Source of the DNA: Octopus bimaculoides
Lineage: Eukaryota
Direction of reading: 5' to 3'
Length of the DNA: 64,000 nt
NCBI RefSeq assembly: GCF_001194135.2
Contig: NC_068981.1
Coordinates: forward strand, 149,866,652 to 149,930,651
Under the pieces are notes generated by a model that worked only from the letters and a program-made list of their open reading frames with translations, ran no database searches and was not told the origin of the DNA. Within the stretch, counting starts at the first letter, position 1, and each line of letters starts with the position of its first letter. Positions 53,585 through 64,000 of the stretch are shown one piece after another. The translations under genes and the position numbers were made by a program.

Positions 53585-53760
53585 CTGCTATAGGCACAAA
53601 GCCTGACATTTTAGGGGAGTGGATAGTAGATCACATCAATCCTAGTGCTCAACTGGTATTTATTTCATCGACAACGAAAGGGAAGAAAGTCAAGCCGACT
53701 TCGGCGGAATATTAACCAAGAAAGTAAAGCTGGAAGAGATGTCACCAAGCATTTGTTTTG
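53585..53760 (-). mobile_element. Meta-like SINE copy
   Basis: CTATAGGCACAAAGCCTGACATTTTAGGGGAG..CAACTGGTATTTATTTCATCGAC..GAAAG..GCCGACTTCGGCGGAAT (reverse complement). Confidence 0.7.
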
Positions 53761-54082
53761 GTGTTCGTTATTTAAAGCAGAGGATGATATTACAAACAAG
53801 TCGTGCGGCAATATTGTGCATATGGGATAATAGGCAGGGTATGCGCTACACTCCTGTACAGAGGGTGGAAGAACAATACAACAGATTGGTGGTGCTTCTT
53901 AAATTTAAATAACATAGTCTTCAGAAATAATTTTCGGTCACTTTTAAGTGAAAGTTTAAATTTAAAGTATGGTCTTATAGTTCGTGAGAGTTTCTGCGAG
54001 GCTTAATGTGACTTCCTTGCAGCTCGATATTATTTGGGATAAAACACATAACCATTTCTTCTGAATTAAATTCATATTGTTA

Positions 54083-54290
54083 AGGCGGCTAGCTGGCAGG
54101 AACTTTAGCCCGTCGGGCGAAATGCTTAACGATATTTCGTCTGTATTTACATTCTGAGTTCAAATTCTTCTGCCGTCGACTTTGCCTTTCGGAGTCGATA
54201 AATTACGTACCAGTTGCACACTGAATCGATCTAATCGACTGGCCCTCACCCCAAAAATTTCGGATCTTGTGCTTAGAGTAGAAAAGAATA
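54083..54290 (+). mobile_element. Meta-like SINE copy
   Basis: AGGCGGCTAGCTGGCAG..TTCTGAGTTCAAATTC..GTCGACTTTGCCTTTCGGAGTCGATAAATTACGTACCAGTTG..CTTGTGCTTAGAGTAGAAAAGAAT. Confidence 0.85.
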
Positions 54291-54384
54291 AATTTATTTT
54301 GTTAAAATATTTTACACCATATTCTTAAAAAATCATATTATGCAATATTTGACTGCATTATTAATTTATTTTTTCCTAACATAG

Positions 54385-54550
54385 TTATTATTACTGTCGT
54401 TGTTTAACCATAAATCATGTCATATGACGAAAGGGATTCTAACCTTGATCAAGCCATCACTTCTTTTGTTGCAGAGCAATTTGGTCTTCTTTTGAAACAT
54501 GGTGAGGTGTACATTGAGGGAAATATGGCTCCATTTTCTAAAAGCTTCAG
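54385..54550 (+). CDS. Candidate exon with start codon (coding 54417-54550), product unknown
   Basis: TTTTTTCCTAACATAG acceptor-like site, AAATCATG start context, open frame MSYDERDSNLDQAITSFVAEQFGLLLKHGEVYIEGNMAPFSKSF, CAG|GTTCGT donor. Locally more GC-rich than its flanks. No homology recognised. Confidence 0.3.
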
Positions 54551-55560
54551 GTTCGTAATTTTATTATGATCATATGTCTGGCTTATTGCTGTAAAACTAT
54601 TTCTATATTTACCGAGAATGTATTTCTTAACATATTTTGTCTTTTAGAATATTTTTGTTACCTTGTTTCGACTTAGAAATACTTAATTTACACGATGTAG
54701 ATTCACTTTAGCACTTGCAGTCTTATTTTTACTATTATTGACACGTTTAGTTGTCAAAAGAATCTATTGAATATACCTCTTCTAATAAATCAGCTATGCG
54801 TAGATGATAATTGAATTTCCTTTTTCAGCATTTATAACCCCATTCAGTTTGAAACAGCAGTATTGTTAACGTTCAACGAGATATTGAAAAATACATTTTC
54901 TGTATTATAAATATATGCGTTCTTTTAAGATTGTCCAATGTTTTGTAGTTGTTTCTACTGTTCTTTTTGTGGGAAAAGCCACGCATGTATTTCGTTTTTA
55001 TAATATTTATAATAAGGTTCAGCCGCTAACGCTCCAAAAGTAGTTATGACAGTTTTTGTTTTCAATATTCAATATTATATATTATATATATATATTCAAT
55101 ATATTGATATTTTCAATGATTTTTTTTATCGCTCGACCTGCAAAACCTAAAAATGACATGTTGAATAACGTAAAATGACGGGATGATTTCGGTTGGAATG
55201 CCTTTCATCGAAGCCTGATCGATGGTGGTTGATCTGAGACTAACAGTATATAATCTAGCAAGTAAATAAAGTATGGATCAACAAACTATTTTATTTATCC
55301 TTTCATTGGTGTTGCGTTGTATCGATGGCCCAAAGTGTTGTCACTTAATGGCACAGTTTAACCAGGTGGAAAGAAGTACCACCTGCACTAGAACTGAATG
55401 ATTAAATTCTGGAAATAGCGGCAATATTGTGCATTCCTTGAGTGTGTCTTATAATAATTCTGCTTGTCACTCCGTTAATTAGCCCGTTTCTAACGTTTCC
55501 ACATGATTAGTTGAAGGTGGGAGGAAGGGAGAATGGGTGGGGAGAGGAAGGTAGGGTGAA

Positions 55561-55847
55561 GGGGAGGTATGGGAGGGGAGGTATGGGAGGGGAGGTATGG
55601 GAGGGGAGGTATGGNNNNNNNNNNNNNNNNNNNNNNNNNNNNNNNNNNNNNNNNNNNNNNNNNNNNNNNNNNNNNNNNNNNNNNNNNNNNNNNNNNNNNN
55701 NNNNNNNNNNNNNNNNNNNNNNNNNNNNNNNNNNNNNNNNNNNNNNNNNNNNNNNNNNNNNNNNNNNNNNNNNNNNNNNNNNNNNNNNNNNNNNAAGGGG
55801 AGGTATGGGAGGGGAGGTATGGGAGGGGAGGTATGGGAGGGGAGGTG
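55561..55847. repeat. 14-bp G-rich minisatellite (GGGGAGGTATGGGA)n spanning a gap
   Basis: Four units before and three to four after the 180-N gap. Confidence 0.95.
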
Positions 55848-57132
55848 GAAGGTGAGGGAGAGGTGATGGTGAGTGAAGTTTTATTTTTTTTAACTAAGGT
55901 TTTTCTTCTGTTAATTAGTCCGTCTGTAACGCTTTCACGTGATTAATTGAAAGGAAAGGCGAGAAGCGAAAGAAAAAGGAGAGAGAAAAAAGAGAATAAG
56001 GCGAAGAATGAGAGAGAAAGAGGGAGAGTTTTGTATATTAAGTCTATAAAATGGTGCATGAAGTATATATAAACTGTATACATAAATTGTATTAAGTAAG
56101 CATCGTATTCCAATTTTCTTCACTTTTCAAGGATTAGCAGAAACAACACAAGCTACCCTTTCAGGTTTTATGGATAAAGTTTTCAAAAATAACCCCATTA
56201 GTTTACCATTAATTCCGTGAAATATTCACGGGTCCCGCTAGTTTCTATTAAATTAAATATATATCGACTGGGAGAAAGGTATAATTTCTCCTGTTCAACC
56301 CTGCAAAATCCAAAGTCAAGCGTCAGTTACCTATATGTATGCTAAAAATGACTCAATGAGTATTAAGTATACAACGTGAATACGCATTAAAGGGGCCAGT
56401 TAATTTGGGGTATAGAAACTGAACAGATGGTCTTGGAAGAGACAGATTAATTGGTCCAAGATAGAGAGAGAGATGTGTGTTTACGACGAACACCACCATG
56501 ATGGAGATGTTGAAAGTAAGTGGGAATTGGAGAGATTACACTTCTTGAGAATGGGACTTTATGTAGCGTGTTTTATAGATTGGCATGAATTCCTTAAAGA
56601 GAGAAAATTGAATGGTTTAGTGATGGTAAGAGTCAGCGCTGGACAGCATTACTTTAGAGTAATTGACGCAGTCGGGACCAATCGTGAAGAAATACGACAC
56701 ATGTTTGCAATTAGTGACAAAATGTGCGTGACAAAGAGACACAGAATTAGTTTGGAGGGATTTCACGTCTTCCGTTCGAGGTGAATTAGAATGGACTGTG
56801 TGTCAGCATTTAGACAATTGTTTGAAGAATTGGGCAACACAAACACATACACATCGGTACGCATATACACACACGCATGCATATATGGATGGATATTATA
56901 AATATATGTGTGTGTGTGTAGGGGGGGGGGTTGTGTGGTGTGTGTGTACATACAGGGAGTAAAAGAGAGAAAGAGAGAGAAAGAGAGAAATACATGCATA
57001 CATAGGCATAAATCTAACGTGATAGCGTGTGTAAAGCAAGCCACCATGTTTTAGACGACAATTCCAATTTCATAACTGATTGGTTTACACTAAAACACGA
57101 CAGCTAAATTGTCTGAATAATAAGCAGTTTCT

Positions 57133-57245
<113 letters not shown>

Positions 57246-57653
57246 GTATATATGTAAGCGTATATAGATATAAACACGATTAAATAAATAATATGTAAAT
57301 GTGTGTTTATTTTATCCAACTTCAGTCTCTGCTTCTGATTTCGCTCCAAGTTCGGATGTTCGTATGTGGTTATGTATGTATATGTTGCCAGGAAAGGAAA
57401 GCGGAGGACAAAACCTAAAATACTCTGCATTTAACTCCAACCATGTCTTAACCATATATGCGTTGGCTGACTTTTCTTCCGTCTCTTACACAGCTAAGAT
57501 ATGTACCACACAAATCACTGGGTCAATATAATTAACTAAATCCTTTAAAGGGTCCAATGGCTATATCAAGTAAATAAAAACTAATTTTCATATATGTGTT
57601 TTTTCGCTTTTAGATATGCATGTATACCTACACACACACATATACACATACAT

Positions 57654-57686
<33 letters not shown>

Positions 57687-57820
57687 TATAAAACAGAGAC
57701 ATAGAGAGAAAGGGAGAGAGAGACAGTATACACACAAACGTATATGCATATATGTGAAAATATGTTTATAAATGTATGTGTGTGTATATATGTGTGTACA
57801 TTTATATATATATATATATA

Positions 57821-58128
57821 TATAATGCCCTGCCAAAACATTTGAGAGACATGCAAGACATGGATGCGGAGGTCTTCAAGACAAAACTTGACGCTTTCCT
57901 CTCCACGATACCAGACGAACCAATGGCTCGTAATGAGACGCAGTTTAGGGCAGCGATGTCAAATTCTCTTATACACCAGATGTGCCATCAAAACTCTTGA
58001 TTGGACCATATCAGGTGGGGGAGAAGAGCCATGCAAGGAACAGCATAAAGACGGAATAGCACGGTGGTGCACCAGCATGACCGCAGCCACTTGGTTGAAA
58101 CCCATAAATAAAAAAATAAAATAAATAA

Positions 58129-58130
<2 letters not shown>
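57821..58130 (+). mobile_element. 3' end of an APE-type LINE (CR1/L2/Proto2-like), with 3' UTR stem-loop and (AAAT)n tail
   Basis: YNALPKHLRDMQDMDAEVFKTKLDAFLSTIPDEP..RAAMSNSLIHQ* matches the FN.LP..LR....FK..LD.FL..VPD.P...A.SNSL LINE C-terminus. The 5' end is truncated at (TA)n. Confidence 0.8.
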
Positions 58131-58173
<43 letters not shown>

Positions 58174-58989
58174 TGTGTGTGTGTGTGTGTGTATGTGTGT
58201 GTGTGCGTGTGTTTGTGTGTGTGTGTAAATGTATGAGAAAGAGAGAAAGAGAAATATAAACAAAGACGGACAGACAGTGAAAGAGCAAGGAGAGAAAGTA
58301 TGTTCGCTGATTGAGAGATAGGTGGTTCACAGCTAAGACCTTCATTCATCATAGTGTGAATGATTATATAATTTTTAATAGCTTAGACACAAGACTACAC
58401 AATTTGGTGGTGATATTTCATTTTCCTAAAACTGGAAATGGAAACGCTAGGGCTTCTGTATGATTCCTTAGAAAACAATAGTCAATAATCTAAAGAAAGT
58501 TGACGGTACCACAGTTTCTAATACGGGTGATGATGAGCCGGGATGTATAGAACGTCCACCTTATTGCTCTACATAACTGCAATTTGTCATCTATAAATGC
58601 TGAAAATGAAATTTGACATTGGTTTATTTGAATTTAGAATGTAAATATTGATCAATGAATAAGGTAAGGGTCTTTGCTCAACTCACCACTGAATCTGCCT
58701 ATCCAGAAAGATTGTCCTTTCTCCAGTTTAATTAGTATAAATGCATCAACGTTTACTCAAGTATCAATGAAAGTGAAATGTAAGAGGACCCTCATTGACT
58801 ATAACCAAAAATCTGTAATAAATGTTTTTCTTCAAATATGTGATCTTCGAGTGCAGCCATACTTATTTATGTCTTTTAAGAAATTGACGTAATATCGCTG
58901 CAAATTTTAAATCGAACAAAACACATAAATCACAAAAACTGGAAAAAAATACACAAATAATAAAAGTGACATGACTATTATTTTTATTG

Positions 58990-59870
58990 TTTTTTCCAGT
59001 AGCTTTTGTATAAAAGATAGTCAGTGAAGCCAAAGCAGCAGTTAAACAAAGGTCATTGTTCAAAAGTCTGATTAATCATCTGATTCTCAAAATAACTTCA
59101 GCCATTCTTCTTGCTTTAGCTTTCTATCTGCGTCCCTTCCTGTAATTCCATCTTCATTTCAACTATCAATGTTGTCTGTATTTGGATTCTGATCAATCCA
59201 CAGAAGGTTTACCTCTGTTGCATTCAATTTATTATCATTGTCATTCTTTTAAATGGTCTTGGAATCCATATGCTCAGCTACTTTAACCCAAGCTATCATT
59301 CTAGGTGGAAATAGTAGCAAGGCCAGACATCCTGTTGATTTTTTTTACACTTTGTTAGATAATATTCATGATTTCAAATATTTCTTTACTTTATTCTTCA
59401 ATGGCTTTTAATTAAAACAAAAGTAAACAAAATCATTTGTCAAGCCATATATCAATTAACTTGTGTTTTCTTAACATTCAGTACGTTTAGCTAGCTCAGC
59501 AAAATAGGTTCTAAACAGGTAACACACTTCGATTCCATGTTTCGATAAAAGTCCTCCAAGTCGATTACCCATAAACTTTACAGTAATAAATTAAAGTTTC
59601 TCTACCCATCCAGTTTCAACAACGACGTACATCAATAAACATTCTAAAAGACATGATTCCATTTTAGAATGTCTTTCTTAGTAAAATAACCATGGGGTTT
59701 ACATTTTTGTGTTAGCTAAACTAGGGATAGCTGTAGGAAAATGCTTCTTGTTACACTAAAACTCACTTTACTTTCTATTTTATCCAATGTCCTGTTGCCT
59801 GGTGTGCATAAAAAGCAACTCATCAATGGTTCTAATTTAACTGACTTCAAAGCCATAATATATTCCTAGA
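58990..59870 (-). pseudogene. pogo/Tigger-like transposase remnant
   Basis: Colinear remnants: PGNRTLDK; KM*NPMVILLRKT; NWMG; YGLT...KPLKNKVKKY; MIAWVKVAE..I; VNLLW; acidic end ESDD*SDF. Confidence 0.7.
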
Positions 59871-60072
59871 TTTAATATAGTTATTAAATTACACAATTAT
59901 GACATCCGAAACGGCAGCAAGCTCCTGTATAATTTGGGGTTTAAATTTTTCTATGGAGAATTAAGAAAAATACGTCCTGCATAATCTCTGCGCCACGTAT
60001 TCGAAACTGTGTAAGAGGCTGTCTCCATAATTCTCATGTATGTGTTTAATTTTTACGTTACATGCAATACTA

Positions 60073-60141
60073 TATATCCGTCTTTTGCCATATATCCGTC
60101 TTTTGCCATATATCCGTCTTTTGCCATATATCCGTCTTTTG
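60073..60141. repeat. 18-bp tandem repeat, 3.8 copies
   Basis: TATATCCGTCTTTTGCCA x3 plus TATATCCGTCTTTTG. Confidence 0.97.
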
Positions 60142-60774
60142 TTTTGTTTTCTACTTATTCAAGGGATTACAGGCTAGCTTTTTTCACGTAAATAATGTCT
60201 GCTACTTATGCTTTTCTACAGTTTGAGTTAAGCTGTTTTCATAGATTTATTTTGCTTTAAACAGCATCAAATACACTTTATTTTAAGGGTATCTACGGAA
60301 GACTAGGTTATTTCAGTAATGTAAATTTCACTTTTTTAATTGTAACCATTTAAACGAAATAAACGGCAGAATCTCTCTACTCAAACACACTCATCACCGC
60401 AGTGGTAATGGAATCAACAAATGACATCTGATGTAGACGCTATGCTTATGGTGTTCCATTGAGACAATTAATAACTTATATATATTTGCCTTTACACGTC
60501 TCATGGCCACCACCTTTACTATCGTCGTTTTCACAGTTTGTTGCAGCAGTAACCTTTTTCTTACAGCACTAGAGTACAATGCTGCCTACCAATTTTGTCG
60601 TTGATATTTGTATCAAATTTCTCACATTATGCACAAGTAGATACGTCGCATAATATTTCAGTATGATCATATATCATTTTCTGATTTCCCAAACTGTTTG
60701 TTTTCCAAATATCTCCTGTAATATTTATATGTAATCTTATAATATGATATCACTTCATCGGTGATGAGGACGTC

Positions 60775-60801
60775 AACAACAATAACAATAAAAACAACAG
60801 C

Positions 60802-60835
<34 letters not shown>

Positions 60836-60885
60836 GCAACAAAAATATTGATAATAATAATAACGATAATAATAATAATAATTAC
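60775..60885. repeat. (AAC)n/(AAT)n compound microsatellite
   Basis: Visible triplet runs. Confidence 0.93.
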
Positions 60886-61949
60886 ACGGATAATTGTAGA
60901 GGTTTTCTTTCAATTAGTAGCGATGTTTAGGCGCAGACACTTTTGACGCTGCGTGGGTGTCGACACAAGAGCAAATATATATGTGTGCATGTATGTGTAT
61001 AAGCAAGAATATACATAAATATATATATGTATGTATGTATATGTGTGCGTGTATGTGCATACATATATAATATACATACATAACCAGTTCACACATGTAT
61101 TCCTTTAAGCACATGCACATAGGCATATCTATGTATATGCTTGTGCGGTGAGTATATGTGAGTGTATGTGTGTGTATGTGTGTGCATGTGTTTCCATGTT
61201 TATAGGTATGCGTATTTAAGATAGAATCCTGTCAACTGCACTAGCTAACTACTAAGACGAATTATTAAAAAGCGTGATGGAAGCTAGAAAAGTGTTCATT
61301 TCGTTCTTAGATAGTTGTTAACTAATGAGATTAAAATGATAACATTTTGCAAATGAAATATCATTGCCATCACCACTAAAGCGTTTTGAAACGGATGTTT
61401 CTGTTAATCTCGTTGTCATTTTTTCCCTCCATAACATTCTCCTGAACTTAGACTTTTTATTATCTGTAAAATTATTAACAAAGGAAATACTGTATCCCTT
61501 TGTGTATGCTATATTATATACTATAATAGATATTCGATATCACAAAGGGAAATATCTGCAGCTATTTTTAAGTTATTATAACTGGATATCTGGAGAAAGA
61601 TTAGAGACAATGTGATAGACGTTGAACTCTGACCTTTTGTTTTACCAGACTGTTTTTTAGTAGTTTTCGAGTCTACAGCGAAGCCACATGTTGATAATTT
61701 GACCTGCTAGAAATGACAGCAAAATCTCCTTTAAATTATGTCCTACATTCTTAAAAATTGCTAAGTTACATTGGGAAATGTAGCTGAAGGTACTCTGCAT
61801 GAAAAATGTACTGAGTATAATGCTTTCAATTATCACCGCATCACTGCATTAGCCAGGCTAATAGATACTGTTCTAAACTGCTTGCTCACATTTCTGTAGC
61901 TTTTGAATATTACCAACCTCACTGGTTAGATGGCCAGGCTGACATTCCC

Positions 61950-62095
61950 ACCGAGCGAAATACCAGTCCTTCGCTGGGAGGAAGGAGGTCAGCTATTTAT
62001 AGCAGAGTGAGCTGGAGTAACGTGAAATGAAGCACCGCTGGTCTGGGAATCGAAACCAAAATCTCGTATGCAACACTCTAATATCTAGGCTACGT
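61950..62095 (-). mobile_element. Decayed OR-like SINE head
   Basis: Minus strand: TAGAGTGTTGCATACGAG..TGGTTTCGATTCCCAGACCAGCGGTGCTTCATTTCACGTTACTCCAGCTCACTC. Confidence 0.55.
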
Positions 62096-62699
62096 ACTAT
62101 CAATTATAGGCTCATTTCATGAGGGCTGACCTAAATCAAAGTAACACTATCACCACACTACCACCACCACCACTACCACCACCACCACCACCACCACCAT
62201 CATTACCCCCACCAATAACAACAACAACAACAATTGTTCGAGTGATCTATCATATGATATTAAGATACTCAACTTTAGGAGTCAACATGTTAAAACAGTC
62301 AAGTCAAACTTCTCATTGTTTGTTTTTATTTATTTACTGCTGTATTATAATATTCATGGCGGAAATATTATGTATTCATAACAAATAAATTTATGTTTAG
62401 CTTTATGTATACGAAAGAAAATAGGTTGTCTCCAAAGAGAAAATATAATGCGAAACAAGAGAAAAGGAATAAATAACCATCTTTTTATTATATTCCAGCA
62501 AGAATGTTGCCGCTCCAGTGTTGTAAAATATTTTGGAGAAAGTCCACACAAAATAAATACTTGTCTCAAGAGACTTTCCATTTTCCAATGCAATTCTGCT
62601 TCAACGAGTATCTAACTAATCTAATTGTGCTTGAACCTGTTTCTTCACTAACTACCAATGAAGTAGAGAAGTAGGTTCTCTCTACGAAAGTCTGACAAA

Positions 62700-62821
62700 A
62701 GAGAAAAAGAGAGAGGAAGAGAAAGAGAGAGAGAAATCAGGAGAGAAAAAGAGAGACAAAGAGAGACAGAGAGAGACAGAGAGACAGAGAGAGACAGAGA
62801 GACAGAGAGAGACAGAGAGAC
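62700..62821. repeat. (AG)/(AGAC) purine-rich simple repeat
   Basis: Visible run. Confidence 0.93.
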
Positions 62822-64000
62822 TGTACTTGGTCGTTCGACTTACTTGAAATAGCAGCCAAATTCTCTGCAAACGACAATCCAGTGCATTAAAAATGATACA
62901 CAAGATCATTTAATATGGGATGCATTACACCTATAGAAATTTTTGATAATGGTTGGGCAAAATAGCATCTACAGTAACAGCAACAGCAACAGCAATAACA
63001 ATGGTAACTGGTTTTAAATTTATGAGATTACTACCAATGATATTTGCATCTTCTCATAGATTCATGATTCTCTTAGATTCGTGAAATTCTATGGTCGACA
63101 GACCCTTTGAACATATGAAAATCAGGGAACATAGGACTCAATTGGACCCAACTTTCCACCCCTTGTCACTAGAATCGAATTTACTCTAAATATTATCTCG
63201 AATCTGCAATTGCCCCCGACGTACAATATCTTGAAACTCTTCACATTTTATTCGTTTCCACTACCATTTTAATATGGATTTCCAGTTCATGCTCTTACAT
63301 GATTACTATCAACTCGTCATGACAACATAAGTGGGCCCTTGACTCACATTCATCCGCCTTGTAACTGGACTGCTTTCTCACTCTCTTGTCATCCTGTTAG
63401 CTAGCTGTATCCTCTTTCACAATATCATCTCCAGTCCAGTTTCTCCTAAGTTGTGCGCTTTCCCCCTCTCTTTATCTTCCTTCTCCTTCAAAAGAGAGGG
63501 TGAGGAGAGAGTATCTGCATGGTTTGGTCAGGAGTTTTCTTGTTTGCAATCACAACTGACGGAGGGTCTGCACTTTCTCCTGCCATGAATGCCATATTTT
63601 CTCCATCATCTCTCCAAAGACACTTCTAGCAGGATACAAGTGAAGGGTCAAACAGACCGACGACATCAACTCGTAAAACATTCAAAACATGCTATGTACT
63701 GTGCATAAGCGAGCAGGCCACTATTTCGATGATCGGTACCAAGATAGCGTATAGGATACGCTTAAACACAGAAATCCATTAATTCCGTCAACTAACTAAC
63801 CACCTCTCATTCTTCTCCAGCATAATGGCTGGATTGCCTTCCTCGTTAATACAAAGAAAAATATCTCATTATTAGTCTTTAAGTCTCTGTGCTACAGAAT
63901 ATGAATATTCAACTCCCTATGATTCCTAATGCTCAGCTGTGGATCAAAGTAAATATGCAAATTTGCGGAAACCTCATGTGTCGTTTACAAGAGAATATAT

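Noticed and set aside
56131-56163. Possible 33-nt exon after a strong acceptor
   Set aside because: Weak donor (GTTTTA) and no independent support.
56473-56784. 103-aa ORF
   Set aside because: No recognisable domain or convincing splice context; an ORF this long can arise by chance in locally GC-richer DNA.

Overview
AT-rich, repeat-dense animal genomic DNA with seven assembly gaps. The SINE families and simple-repeat load look like an octopus or other coleoid cephalopod (inference). I recognise no intact host gene; one candidate exon lies at 54385-54550. Almost all interpretable sequence is decayed mobile DNA: three R4/Dong-like RLE-LINE fragments, Penelope-like (GIY-YIG) remnants, RTE and CR1/Jockey-group LINE ends, a Gypsy pol remnant, mariner, pogo and hAT-like transposase remnants, and many tRNA-derived SINEs. 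The most notable signal is six hammerhead-ribozyme motifs in the first 18.6 kb. One is perfect (10078-10128) and five are variant or decayed; they belong to sequence-unrelated families with different self-complementary helix III sequences. Other notable items: a SINE/LINE shared 3' stem-loop with compensatory changes, a head-to-tail SINE array, an 88-nt GC-rich hairpin, a three-way-junction RNA inside a tRNA-headed element, and a diverged duplicated TAAT/E-box module flanking a G-rich minisatellite. All family assignments come from manual translation and remembered family motifs, not database searches.
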